Shown here piece by piece: positions 17,323-27,381 of a DNA stretch of 51,358 nt. Source of the stretch: a virus (lineage: Duplodnaviria > Caudoviricetes); the IMG/VR virus record IMGVR_UViG_3300036801_000054, positions 1 to 51,358 of that record; one strand, given 5' to 3'. Numbering within the stretch: position 1 is the stretch's first letter; each line of letters starts with the position of its first letter. The notes under the pieces are model-generated. The model did not search any database. It was not told where the DNA came from and worked only from the letters and a program-made list of their open reading frames with translations. A program made the position numbers and the translations under genes.

Positions 17323-19229
17323 AGTTTGACGAGCCCCTGTTCTCGCCCGGCGCGAGCGCCATGATCGAGCGCAATGTCGCGGCGCGCCAAGCGCCGGCCG
17401 CACCTCGCCGCGGGCAGCGCATGTACGGAGCGGCGCTGCAAACCCGCCTGACCGCGAACTGGCAGGCGCAGACCGGCAGCTCGGATTCGGAACTCTGGTC
17501 GAGTCTGACCACGCTCCGCAACCGGTCGCGGCAACTGGTGCGAGACACGCCCTATGCCAAGCGGGCGAAGACGGTCATTGTGAACAACACCATCGGCTCT
17601 GGCATCAAGATGGAGCCGAAAGTAGTCAACCAGCGCGGCAACCAGATCAAGCCGGTGAACGCCGACATCTCGGCGGCGTGGAACGACTGGACCCGCGCTG
17701 AGAATTGTCACACCGGCGGGAAGCTCCACTTCTGCGATCTCGAGCGGATGGCCTTCGGCGAGATCGTCGAGGCCGGCGAGATCGTGCTACGGAAGCACTA
17801 CCAGCCTTTCGGCTCAAGCAAGGTGCCGTTCGCGATCGAGGTCATCGAGGGCGAGCGCCTTGCCGATGATGCCGTAACGCCGGTATCCGGCGGCTCGCAG
17901 TTCTACCGCATGGGCGTCGACCGCGATGTCTACGGTCGTCCGACCGGCTTCTTTATCCGGCGATTCCACCCGGGCGAGGTCCGCTATGCCGGCCCGGACC
18001 CGAACCTGCTCGAGCGTGTGCCGGCCGAGCAGATTTTCCACCTCTACATCATCTCGCGCTGGCCGCAGACCCGCGGCGAGCCGTGGCTGCATACCGCCAT
18101 GCGCCGGCTCAACGACATGGACGGCTACAGCGAGGCCGAGATCGTCGCCGCCCGCGCCGCAGCCTGCTACATGGGCATCATCACCACGCCAGACGAAAGC
18201 GGTATGGCCGACGGACCGGCGGCTGAGGGTGGCGTGCCAGAGTTCGAGCTCGCGCCCGGCGCGGTGCCGCGGCTGGCCCCTGGTGAACTCTGGAACGAGC
18301 ACAACCCGAACCGGCCGAATTCGGCGATGGACCCGTTCATGCGCCTGATGCTGCGCGAGGTCGCCGCCGGCGCCGACGTGTCCTACGAGTCGCTGTCGCG
18401 TGATTATTCACAGTCGAACTTTTCCAGCTCTAGGCTGGCGCTCCTCGACGATCGCGACCTCTGGCGCGTGTTTCAGCAGTTCTTCATCCGCAATTTCCGC
18501 GAGCCTCTGCACCGGGAATGGCTCCAGCAGGCCATCTATGCGCGCGCCATTCAATCGGTGAGCGTTTCCGACTACCTCGCCCAGCCCTCGAAGTTCGAGG
18601 CGGTTTCGTTCAAGCCGCGCGGATGGGGATGGATCGACCCGGTCAAAGAGGTCCAGGCGTACAAGGATGCGCGCCGGGCCGGATTCATCTCGACCGCGCG
18701 CATTATCGCCGCGACCGCCGACGGCGCCGACCGCGACGAGATTTGGACCGAGATCGCCGAAGAGAACGCCGATGCAGAGGCCAAGGGCATCACCGTCACG
18801 ACCGACCCCGGCGTGATTCTTGAGGGCCGCGAGAGTGACGCCACGCTTCCCGATCCTGCGGCGAATCCGAACGCCGATGCGGCGAGCGCCAGCGACGGCG
18901 CGACGCCTGGCGATGCTTATGCACGGGCGTTGACCGAGGTTGCCGGCGCGCAACGTGAACTCGCGCTGTCGGTGTCGAACATGAAGGCGCCGGTCGTGAA
19001 CATCTCGCCGCAGCCCGTGGTCGTGAATACGCCAGACGTGAAGGTAGAAGTGGCTGCGCCGCAAATCCATCTGGAAATGCCACAGCGCAGCGAACTTGAT
19101 CAAGCGGAGATATTGGAGCGCGACGACAACCGACTGGCCCGCGTCATCCGCACCAATCGCGGCGATTTTGAAATCACAGAGCGTGACGCTAACGGAGACG
19201 CGAAGCGCATGAAAAGGAAAAGCGCATGA
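17319..19229 (+). CDS. Portal protein, lambda family, with C-terminal extension
   Basis: LRNRSRQLVR, QTRGEPW, YESLSRDYSQSNFSSSR, WIDPVKE. Confidence 0.95.
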   Translation: MKFDEPLFSPGASAMIERNVAARQAPAAPRRGQRMYGAALQTRLTANWQAQTGSSDSELWSSLTTLRNRSRQLVRDTPYAKRAKTVIVNNTIGSGIKMEPKVVNQRGNQIKPVNADISAAWNDWTRAENCHTGGKLHFCDLERMAFGEIVEAGEIVLRKHYQPFGSSKVPFAIEVIEGERLADDAVTPVSGGSQFYRMGVDRDVYGRPTGFFIRRFHPGEVRYAGPDPNLLERVPAEQIFHLYIISRWPQTRGEPWLHTAMRRLNDMDGYSEAEIVAARAAACYMGIITTPDESGMADGPAAEGGVPEFELAPGAVPRLAPGELWNEHNPNRPNSAMDPFMRLMLREVAAGADVSYESLSRDYSQSNFSSSRLALLDDRDLWRVFQQFFIRNFREPLHREWLQQAIYARAIQSVSVSDYLAQPSKFEAVSFKPRGWGWIDPVKEVQAYKDARRAGFISTARIIAATADGADRDEIWTEIAEENADAEAKGITVTTDPGVILEGRESDATLPDPAANPNADAASASDGATPGDAYARALTEVAGAQRELALSVSNMKAPVVNISPQPVVVNTPDVKVEVAAPQIHLEMPQRSELDQAEILERDDNRLARVIRTNRGDFEITERDANGDAKRMKRKSA

Positions 19230-19618
19230 CGGCAATCGTACCCGAAGCAAGTCAAGCCGATATGCTCGAGGATATTCTGCGCGACCCGTGCACGATCAGG
19301 CTTTATATCAACGATCCAGGCGTCTCGCCGACCGCTGCCGATTTTCAGGAAGCTGAAGGCGGCGGATACGCGGCGAAGCCCATGCGGGCAAAGGGCTGGG
19401 ATATGTCGCGGGCGCCCATGCTCGCATCCTACCCAAAGCAGGAGTGGCGCTTCTCCGGTCCGGCTGGCGTCGTTCGTGGCTACTACGTCACGCGCAACAG
19501 CGATGGAAAACTGCGCTGGTTCGATCCGCTCCCAGGCGGCCCGATGAACATTTTGAACGATGGCGATCAGATCGCGGTGTCGGTCGATCTTTCGCTCGCG
19601 GGCGATCAGTCCGCGTAA
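19226..19618 (+). CDS. Putative virion structural protein
   Basis: IRLYIND..FQEAEGGGYAAK..GYYV. Confidence 0.65.
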   Translation: MTAIVPEASQADMLEDILRDPCTIRLYINDPGVSPTAADFQEAEGGGYAAKPMRAKGWDMSRAPMLASYPKQEWRFSGPAGVVRGYYVTRNSDGKLRWFDPLPGGPMNILNDGDQIAVSVDLSLAGDQSA

Positions 19619-19633
19619 CAAGGAGCGAGAGAC

Positions 19634-20074
19634 ATGGCAACCGGCAAGGGCAATACATTCATCAACGATTACCTCAAACTTCTGTTGAATGCGACGGCAA
19701 TCGCGAACATTGCAGATAACGCTGGCAGTGGGCCGCTGACGAACCTCATCATGGGGCTGTCGACTGGCACGCTCTCGGCAAGCTCGAGTCAGACCACGAC
19801 TGAGGCGGCCTACACATCCTATGCGCGCGTCGCGATAGCGCGCACGACCGGAGGCTTCACGGCAGCGAGCGCGCAATCATCGGTGCTTGTGGCGACATGC
19901 AGTTTCCCGGCGGCGACCGGCGGCAGCGAGACGGAGACCTATGCCATGCTCGGGACGGACAATACGGCGAGCGCGGGGAAGAGTCTTTACTTTGGTCCGG
20001 TGTCTCCAAATTTGGCAGTGTCGTCAGGAGTCACACCGCAGTTGACGACGGCAACCTCAATCGCGGAGGCTTAG
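19634..20074 (+). CDS. Putative virion structural / fibre-associated protein
   Basis: ANIADNA..EAAYTSYARVAIART..FPAATGGSET..GVTPQL; AGGAG RBS. Confidence 0.7.
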   Translation: MATGKGNTFINDYLKLLLNATAIANIADNAGSGPLTNLIMGLSTGTLSASSSQTTTEAAYTSYARVAIARTTGGFTAASAQSSVLVATCSFPAATGGSETETYAMLGTDNTASAGKSLYFGPVSPNLAVSSGVTPQLTTATSIAEA

Positions 20075-20491
20075 ATGAACGCGGAAGGCATCGCGCTCCT
20101 GCGCCTCCTTATCTTCAAGATGTGGTCGCTGAACGAGGCTCGCGAAAATGGCGACTGCGCGGCGATAGCCGAGACCATAAACACTTGGATGCCGCCCGGA
20201 ATGAAAGTGTCCGCCGCCGACGTTCAGACTGCGCTCGGGCGCTCTCCATCAGTCTCCGTTGCCGTCAACCTCGTCCTGCTGCGCACGAAGATCGACAAAA
20301 CGCCCACCCTCTATTCGGCACGTCTCAGCGGCGATTATCAGGCGATCCTGAACGAGGTCATCCGTGATCCAGAGTTGAGGCAAGCAACACTCGCCGACAT
20401 CGTGGAAGCGATGGCGATGCGTCCGGTCTCGCGGCCGACGCTAACGGTTGCAGGTTCCGCGAAGTTGATAGGAAGGGCGAGTCTGGGATGA
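20075..20491 (+). CDS. Hypothetical protein
   Basis: GGAGG RBS; coupled. Confidence 0.55.
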   Translation: MNAEGIALLRLLIFKMWSLNEARENGDCAAIAETINTWMPPGMKVSAADVQTALGRSPSVSVAVNLVLLRTKIDKTPTLYSARLSGDYQAILNEVIRDPELRQATLADIVEAMAMRPVSRPTLTVAGSAKLIGRASLG

Positions 20492-22044
20492 AGCTCGCCG
20501 CGTTCCTGTTCGCCGCGTTCGCAGCGTCGGCGCTCGGACAGGGCGTCAACCTCAACGGCGTCGGGACGAACAGCGCTCCGGGAAGCTACACCGGAGTCGG
20601 TGGATCCGGCTCGACCTCGGCCGGGCAGGGCGGCTTCGTTTGGGGCATCGGCTCGCGCGAGGATGGAGGAGGCTCTGCGCTCGGCCGGAACAACAACGCC
20701 TTCGGGACTGATTCCCACGTCACCGGGCAGGGCGTCTGGGTCATGCACGACAACGGCGTGGGCGAGGGCTGGGCCAACTTCTCCAACGGCATGCAAGGCA
20801 GGGTCATGGGTCATCAAGCGAACGACCGCGCGATTCGCGGCGCTCGCGCATATGCCATCGGCGCGTTTTCGTGTGACGGGGATTGCGGACGCGGCGTCGG
20901 CGACGCGCAGAGAATCGAACTTATGGTTCGCGCGACTACGGTCGGAGCGGCATCCATGCAGCTTTCGTCCTCGAACAATGGCGCCGGAATTTCCCCGAAC
21001 ATTACGGTTATGGTCGTACCGGACAACGGAAGCATGCGCTTGCGCGGAAGTGTCGTCGCTCGCGATCTGGCAACCGGCGCGAGCAAAAGTTGGGACTTCA
21101 AGGCGCTGGCACGGCGCGGCGTGGGCGCGGCATCGGTAGTCCTCGTCGGTGCGACCGTAACGCCTGAATTCTCGGACGCTTCTGCATCGGCGTGGACGCT
21201 TTCGGTATTTGCCGATGTAAGCCGCGGATCGATCGCCGTCGTCGGCAATGGCGAGGCAGGGAAAACGATTCAATGGGCCGCAGACGAGTGGACCGTCGAG
21301 AATGTCGGCGGCGGCGGGACTGCGCCGCCCCCAGGGCTCGCGGTCGCGACGGCATCGCTCCCGGTTGGAACCGTCGGGACGGTTTACTCGGAGACGCTGG
21401 CTTCGACAGGGGGGACGCCGCCGTATTCCTGGAATGCAGCGGTGCTACCGGCGGGCCTAGCGCTGTCCGGAGCGAACATCGGAGGGACGCCGACTGCCTC
21501 AGGGCAATCGACGGTGTTGTTCACCGTGACGGATTCGGTCTCGGCGACGGCGAACGCGTCACTGCTCATGACGATCAACGACCAGGGCGCTCCGCCGCCG
21601 ACGCAGTTGGCGAACGCGAGCTTCGAATCCCCGTTCCTCTCGGGCGGTTATCAGTATCGATCGGCGGGCGCATTCTGGGTCTTCTCCGGGAATAGCGGGG
21701 TCGCGGCGAACAACAGTGCATTTCACCCGGCGCCCGCGCCGGATGGGGTTCAATGCGCCTTCGTGCAGATGATGGGAACCGTATCGCAAACCGTGACGCT
21801 CGCCGCCGGAAGTTACACGCTGTCGTTCAAGGCGAGCGCGCGGCCACAGCAAGGTCCGAACGCGGTAACGGTCGCGCTCGACGGCGCGCAGATCGGCGCG
21901 ACCGTGACGCCGCCGAGCAGCCAAATTTGGACCGCCTACTCGATCCCGTTCGCTATCGCTGCCGACGGACCTCATACGATCTCGTTCGCCGGGCAGGCCA
22001 CGACGGACCTGACGACGTTCGTCGACGCCGTAACGATTCAATAG
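20488..22044 (+). CDS. Signal-peptide-bearing adhesin-like protein (putative Ig domain plus jelly-roll carbohydrate-binding domain)
   Basis: MKLAAFLFAAFAASALG; TASLPVGTVG..GGTPPYSW..LPAGLAL..GTPT..FTVTDS; NASFESP..APDG..VSQTV..FVDAVTI. Confidence 0.7.
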   Translation: MKLAAFLFAAFAASALGQGVNLNGVGTNSAPGSYTGVGGSGSTSAGQGGFVWGIGSREDGGGSALGRNNNAFGTDSHVTGQGVWVMHDNGVGEGWANFSNGMQGRVMGHQANDRAIRGARAYAIGAFSCDGDCGRGVGDAQRIELMVRATTVGAASMQLSSSNNGAGISPNITVMVVPDNGSMRLRGSVVARDLATGASKSWDFKALARRGVGAASVVLVGATVTPEFSDASASAWTLSVFADVSRGSIAVVGNGEAGKTIQWAADEWTVENVGGGGTAPPPGLAVATASLPVGTVGTVYSETLASTGGTPPYSWNAAVLPAGLALSGANIGGTPTASGQSTVLFTVTDSVSATANASLLMTINDQGAPPPTQLANASFESPFLSGGYQYRSAGAFWVFSGNSGVAANNSAFHPAPAPDGVQCAFVQMMGTVSQTVTLAAGSYTLSFKASARPQQGPNAVTVALDGAQIGATVTPPSSQIWTAYSIPFAIAADGPHTISFAGQATTDLTTFVDAVTIQ

Positions 22045-22053
22045 GGCGCGGCC

Positions 22054-22542
22054 ATGAACCTCACCTCCGCTCAACGAACCACGCTTGCCGCAGACATCAA
22101 CGGGCAGGCATCTCTCGCCGCCGCGCGCACGACGCACGACGCTCCGGCGGTCGCCGCGTTCTACGCGGGGACTGGAGCGGTTAACGTGTGGCGCAACGAT
22201 GTGTCGGTCGCGTCGGTTATCGCGGTCATCGGCATGAGTGAATTCGTGGGACTGACGGCGATCAAGCAGAACGGTTTGATCCTGCTCACCCAAGCACCGG
22301 TTGTCGATGCTACGCAGGCTACCGTGCGCGCTGGATTTGCCTCAATCTTCGCGGCTGGCGCGACCCTGACCGCACTCAATGCTCTGGCGATTCGCGCTGC
22401 GACGAAGTTTGAGGCTCTGTTCACAAACGGCGCCGCGGTCAATGGGTCGTTTCTGATGCAGAACGATGGCAATCTGCCGGCGCTGACGCTTCTCGGGCAA
22501 GCTCTCGATCCGGCGACGGTCGCGCTCGCGATGGGATGGTGA
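22054..22542 (+). CDS. Hypothetical protein
   Basis: MNLTSAQRTTLAADI..RAATKFEALF. Confidence 0.6.
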   Translation: MNLTSAQRTTLAADINGQASLAAARTTHDAPAVAAFYAGTGAVNVWRNDVSVASVIAVIGMSEFVGLTAIKQNGLILLTQAPVVDATQATVRAGFASIFAAGATLTALNALAIRAATKFEALFTNGAAVNGSFLMQNDGNLPALTLLGQALDPATVALAMGW

Positions 22543-22543
22543 G

Positions 22544-23020
22544 ATGGCGACCGTAAACTTCTATTGGGCAACCCAGACCGCAGTTACGCTGACCACGGCA
22601 GGAGCGAGCACTGCGGATGGAACGTATGGTGCAGCCGGCACCGATCTTGATGTGCGTTCCGCTGGAAATGCGAGCCTGCTTACCGATGCCGATTTCCTAC
22701 TGATCTGCCAAGTGGCTACAGCGACCGGTATCGTCGCGGGCAAGGTCATGGCGGACCTGTACGCGCTGCCGAAGCTGGATGCGACGAATTTGCCGCAAAT
22801 CGATACCACGAGCTCGTCAAGCTACGCGCCGCCAAATCATCGGATCGGGTCCTTTTACGCGGCCAAGGCGCCGAGCACAAACACCGATACCTATTTCGCG
22901 ATCACCGGCGTGCTGCTTAAGCCGAACCTCTACACGCTAGCCATCATCAATCGTTGCGGGCAGACGATCAGCGCCAATTGGACGCTGAAAGCGTACTGCA
23001 CCGATTTGCAGGGCGTGTAG
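22544..23020 (+). CDS. Hypothetical beta-rich protein
   Basis: Tightly packed ORF. Confidence 0.6.
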   Translation: MATVNFYWATQTAVTLTTAGASTADGTYGAAGTDLDVRSAGNASLLTDADFLLICQVATATGIVAGKVMADLYALPKLDATNLPQIDTTSSSSYAPPNHRIGSFYAAKAPSTNTDTYFAITGVLLKPNLYTLAIINRCGQTISANWTLKAYCTDLQGV

Positions 23021-25111
23021 ATGTCAACCGTTTTCACTCGGGGCAGGAGGTTTCGCGGCCAGCCGATCGGCGGCGAGTTGGAGGTTGATCTTAATCATGC
23101 GCTGAATCGCAGCCTTGTGTTCACCTCTGCGCCGGGCATGAACATCGACGGACGCTCGGCGTACCCGCATAATTATCTGGCTCAGCAAAGCACGTCGAGC
23201 AGCGGTACTCCGCTTGCTTCCGGAAATATTGTCAGAGTCGCCAATCCAGCATCCGCTGACTCGCCGTATTCGGGGCTCGTCTGGAAATACGTCAGCAATT
23301 CGTCGATCTTCTATCCATATGCGCCGCTCGGTGCGGCGACGACGCAGCACTACACGCTGATGTTCCTTGGCGGGTCGCTATCGGAGTCTGTGCGCAAGCA
23401 TGCGATGATGCTAGGCGACGAGAGCGGCGGCGCCGGTTTCGCGCAGGCCGCGTTGGCATTCAACCAGACGAAGGGGCAATCGAATAGCGCGGGTAGGCTG
23501 GCCTATTGGGAGTATAACGGCGGCATTAAGATTTGCGCGGACTCGGCCTCGGGTGCCGGGATTGTCGATGGCAAAATTCACGTCTACGCCGCGGTCCGCG
23601 ACGGCAGCAACGCAACGCTTTGGAAGGATGGCGTCGATGTCACGAACTCTGCGACAGCCGATTCATCGACGCAGAGCATAACCGCATGGGTCGCCAGCGG
23701 TCGCAACACCTCTGGCGGCTGCCCAACCTACACCATGCGCCAATGGGTATTCGCCAGCTCCCTGTCGCGCGGAGAACTCGAAGCCTGGGCCGACAACCCG
23801 TGGCAGGACGCGCTGCCATACGTGCGGCGCAAGTATTTCGCAGTATCTTCAGGAAGCGCCTCTGGCTCCGTAGCCTTTTCCGGATCGGGTTCGCTGTCCG
23901 CGGTAGGCAAACAGGATGCAGCCGCATCCGCCGCTTTCTCCGGGACATCTGTTTTCACCATTGTCGGCAAGGAACTCGCGAAAGGAAGCGTTGCCTTTGC
24001 GGGCGCCGGCAATTTATCTGCTGTCGGCAAGGAGCTTGCGAAGGCGTCGTCCGCGCTCGGCGGATCTGGTACGTTCACGCCCATCGGCGCGGAGCTCGCC
24101 AATGGCGCCATTAGCTTCGCTGGCAGTTCAAGCTTCGCTCCGGTTGGGCAGATACTCTACAAGGGCAGCATAGCATTTGCCGGCATGGGATCAATGTCGG
24201 CGGCCGGCCAAACATCAAGTGGGAGCGCGGTTACCTTCACCGGCACGGCCGCGTTCGATGCGCGAGGCGCGACTCTAGCCAGCGCCTCCACCGCGTTCTC
24301 CGGCGCGGCTTCCTTCGCCCCAGTCGGCCATACCTTCGCCTCGGGCACGGTCACATTCGCCGGCGCGGGCGCTTTCGATGCCGAAGGGCAGACAGCGGCG
24401 GCGGGCGTCGGTGCGGTGGATTTCGCTGGCCTTGGCGCATTCTCTCCGGTGGCGTCATCAATTGCCTCCGGTGTCGTCGCATTCTCTGGATCTGGCGGAA
24501 TGCAGGCGGCAGGAGCAGGCGGAGCGGCTGCAGCCACAAGTGGCGGGCTCGGAAGACTCAAGCTCCCATACTTCGTTCCGACGCTGTATTCGCCGCGTCC
24601 GCAAGTCGTGCGCGCATTCGTATCGCACGTCGGGCTATTCCTGTCGGTTCAGTCCACCGTCGAGACAGGCCGAGCCATCCGCTCGCGTGTTTGGCTGCCG
24701 CTATCAGTGCACTCGCAGTCCAGAGTTGGCGCCCAAGTTAGGAGTCTCGCTGCGCTCGCGTTCTCTCCCGCCATTGCCAGTACCGTCATCCGCGCCAAGG
24801 CGACCCGGAGCAGAGCGGCGTTTTCCATAGCGGCCTCGACGGCATCGAGCATCGTCGCGGTTAGGCAGTCACGGGCCGCCGTTTCCTTATTGGCTTCGAG
24901 TCGGCAGCAGATCGCGCCGGCGGTGCGCTCCAATGTTCGCGTCTTTGCTGCCGCGCGTTCGCGCTTTGCTCTGAAGAAAACCGCTGATATCAGATCACGT
25001 GCCGCGCTCTTCGCTGTCGCGACGTCTGCTGTCGTCTGCACAACCGTAGTTTCTCGCGTCGCCGAGATGGACCGGCGCGACCTCGACCTGTTGGCGCTAC
25101 TCGCCGCTTAA
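23021..25111 (+). CDS. LamG/ConA-like domain plus G/A/S-rich repeat protein (fibre-like)
   Basis: DGKIHVYAAVRDGSNATLWKDGV..LSRGEL..NPWQ; about 21-aa repeats of type S-x-A-F-x-G-x-G-x-(L/F)-x-x-V-G. Confidence 0.65.
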   Translation: MSTVFTRGRRFRGQPIGGELEVDLNHALNRSLVFTSAPGMNIDGRSAYPHNYLAQQSTSSSGTPLASGNIVRVANPASADSPYSGLVWKYVSNSSIFYPYAPLGAATTQHYTLMFLGGSLSESVRKHAMMLGDESGGAGFAQAALAFNQTKGQSNSAGRLAYWEYNGGIKICADSASGAGIVDGKIHVYAAVRDGSNATLWKDGVDVTNSATADSSTQSITAWVASGRNTSGGCPTYTMRQWVFASSLSRGELEAWADNPWQDALPYVRRKYFAVSSGSASGSVAFSGSGSLSAVGKQDAAASAAFSGTSVFTIVGKELAKGSVAFAGAGNLSAVGKELAKASSALGGSGTFTPIGAELANGAISFAGSSSFAPVGQILYKGSIAFAGMGSMSAAGQTSSGSAVTFTGTAAFDARGATLASASTAFSGAASFAPVGHTFASGTVTFAGAGAFDAEGQTAAAGVGAVDFAGLGAFSPVASSIASGVVAFSGSGGMQAAGAGGAAAATSGGLGRLKLPYFVPTLYSPRPQVVRAFVSHVGLFLSVQSTVETGRAIRSRVWLPLSVHSQSRVGAQVRSLAALAFSPAIASTVIRAKATRSRAAFSIAASTASSIVAVRQSRAAVSLLASSRQQIAPAVRSNVRVFAAARSRFALKKTADIRSRAALFAVATSAVVCTTVVSRVAEMDRRDLDLLALLAA

Positions 25112-25121
25112 AGGAGACGAC

Positions 25122-27050
25122 ATGGCAACCGACAAAACCCTTCGCATCGGCCGGCAGTATCGATACGCGCAGATCGATTCCACGGCGAAGACCGGAACGC
25201 GCACCTTCCCGCTGTCGTTCTCCAACGAGACGCCGGTGGACCGCTTCTTCGGCAAGGAAATCCTGCTCCACGGACCGGGCAACGTCCGCATGGGCCGGAT
25301 CAACGCTGGCGCGCCGTATCTCTTCAACCACAACGCGAATGACCCGATCGGCATCGTTGATCCGGGCACGGCATCAATCGGACCGGATCGGCACGGCCGG
25401 GCGAGCGTGACTTTCTTCGATACGCAGCGCGGGCAGGACTGCCAAGCGATGAGCGAGCAGGGTATGCGCAACGTCAGCGTGGGCTACGACATCCACGCCG
25501 TCGAGGAAATGCCTGGTGGCGAGGGCTACTACATTACCGACTGGGAGCCGATGGAGCTCAGCATGGCGCCGCTGCCAGCGGTCACCAGCGTTGGCATGAT
25601 GCGCGACGATCCAGGCACCGAGCGCGACATACGAGTAAGGCCAGCCGCGGCAGCAAGCGGCGGGCAAGCAGCAACGGCGGTGCGAGACGCCGAACATCAA
25701 CCCGCCGCACCCGCGGCACATACCAGAGGACTCGCGATGAGTGACGTATCTACCGCCGCGGCGGGCGCAACCGCCGGAACAGGTCTCCAGACCACGAACT
25801 TGCCGAACGATGGCACGATGATCGAGCGGCTGCGTATCAAGGGCCTCGACGCCCTGAAGCGCAACCACGACGTGCCGGGAGACGTGCATCAGAAATGGGT
25901 CGACGATGGCATCACGGTCGACGAGGCGTCGCAGTCGACGCTCACCATGATCGCCGAACGCGCCAAGCGTAGCACGACCTCGCAACCGTCGCGCGTCGGC
26001 ATGACTGATGGCGACATCAAGAAGTATTCGATCTCGCGCGCCATCCGAGCGAACTTCGAGAAGAGCTGGCCGAAGGTCGCGCCGTTCGAGGCCGAGATCA
26101 GCCAAGCGCTGGCTGCACGCTTGGGCAAGCAGACCGGCGAGCACTCGTTCTTCGTGCCGGTCGAGGTGCAGGAAGCGATGGCGATGGCGCGCGGACAGCG
26201 CGACATGATCGTCGGCACGAACACGCTCGGCGGCTACCTGGTCGCCACGCAAGTGCAAGGCTTCATCGATCTGCTGCGCAACCGCAGCGTGGTCATGCGC
26301 ATGGGCGCGACGCTGATGCCCGGCCTTACCGGCTCGGTGTCGGTGCCGAAGCTCACCGGCTCGGCGACGGCTTACTGGTTCGCCAACGAAACCGGAACGG
26401 CCACAGAGTCCACGCCTACCGTCGGCCAGATGACACTGATCCCGAAGACTGTCGGCGGATACGTCGAAGTCTCGCGGCAGCTCCTGCTGCAGACCGCCTA
26501 CAACGCCGACGCCATCATCAACGGCGACCTCGCCCAAGTGATCGGGCTGGCGGTCGACACGGCGGCAATCTCCGGGCCGGGCACTGCGGGGCAGCCGACC
26601 GGGATCATGAGCACGACCGGCGTGGGCACCTCGGCGCCGGGGACCACGACGGCCATCAGTTACGCCGACATGATCCGGTTCCAGACGACCGTCGCCGGGA
26701 GCAACGCGTTCTTTCCGGGCTTCGGCTACGTCACCACGCCGACCGTCGCTGGCGTTCTCATGGGCAAACCGAGGTTCACGAACTCCGACACGCCGATCTG
26801 GCAGGGGATGATTTCCGACGGGACTGTGGTCGGCGCGCCGGCAATGTCCAGCCTGCAAGTCGGCTCGGGCACCGTGCTCGCTGGCGACTTCTCCAAGGTC
26901 GTCATCGGCGAATGGGGCGTGCTGGAGATCGAAGCGAACCCGTACGCGCAGTTCCAGGCCGGCATCATCGGCATCCGTGCGCTGTACACGGTCGACGTCG
27001 GCGTGCGTTATGGCGCCGCGTTCTCTCAAGGCACGGGTTTCATCAGCTAA
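25122..27050 (+). CDS. Prohead protease - major capsid protein fusion (HK97 fold)
   Basis: SFSNETPV..EILLH..LFNHN..IG..NVSVGY..WEPMELS (protease); YSISRAI, GGYLV, FIDLLRN, PKTVG, GDFS, DVGVRY (capsid). Confidence 0.92.
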   Translation: MATDKTLRIGRQYRYAQIDSTAKTGTRTFPLSFSNETPVDRFFGKEILLHGPGNVRMGRINAGAPYLFNHNANDPIGIVDPGTASIGPDRHGRASVTFFDTQRGQDCQAMSEQGMRNVSVGYDIHAVEEMPGGEGYYITDWEPMELSMAPLPAVTSVGMMRDDPGTERDIRVRPAAAASGGQAATAVRDAEHQPAAPAAHTRGLAMSDVSTAAAGATAGTGLQTTNLPNDGTMIERLRIKGLDALKRNHDVPGDVHQKWVDDGITVDEASQSTLTMIAERAKRSTTSQPSRVGMTDGDIKKYSISRAIRANFEKSWPKVAPFEAEISQALAARLGKQTGEHSFFVPVEVQEAMAMARGQRDMIVGTNTLGGYLVATQVQGFIDLLRNRSVVMRMGATLMPGLTGSVSVPKLTGSATAYWFANETGTATESTPTVGQMTLIPKTVGGYVEVSRQLLLQTAYNADAIINGDLAQVIGLAVDTAAISGPGTAGQPTGIMSTTGVGTSAPGTTTAISYADMIRFQTTVAGSNAFFPGFGYVTTPTVAGVLMGKPRFTNSDTPIWQGMISDGTVVGAPAMSSLQVGSGTVLAGDFSKVVIGEWGVLEIEANPYAQFQAGIIGIRALYTVDVGVRYGAAFSQGTGFIS

Positions 27051-27122
27051 CACTTGCTGCTAGCAGTGCGTTGCGGGGCGCTCATCGTGGGCGCCCCGCC
27101 CAGCGAAGGAGAAGAGAGACAA

Positions 27123-27374
27123 ATGGCAACGAAAGCAAGAGTGATTCGCGGAGTCGGTGTCCGCGGGAAGTACCACGCGGAGGGGATGATCCTCGCGATC
27201 GTCAATCCGCCGAAGACACAGGACGAGATTTCCGGCCAAGAGTACGCCGAACTGAAATCGTCCTATTACGTCGAGGCATACAGCGAGCCGGCGACTCAGG
27301 CGCCCGTCACCGCATCGGTTCCGGCGCATTCGTCCGTCGCGGCAGCGCCCCAGGCGCCAGCGAAAAAGGGGTAG
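27123..27374 (+). CDS. Small capsid-associated protein
   Basis: GAGAG RBS; follows the capsid gene; A/P-rich tail. Confidence 0.6.
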   Translation: MATKARVIRGVGVRGKYHAEGMILAIVNPPKTQDEISGQEYAELKSSYYVEAYSEPATQAPVTASVPAHSSVAAAPQAPAKKG

Positions 27375-27381
27375 TCGGGCC

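Noticed and set aside
25374-27053. 559-aa antisense ORF and similar long antisense ORFs
   Set aside because: Typical of high-GC codon bias opposite real genes; no motifs
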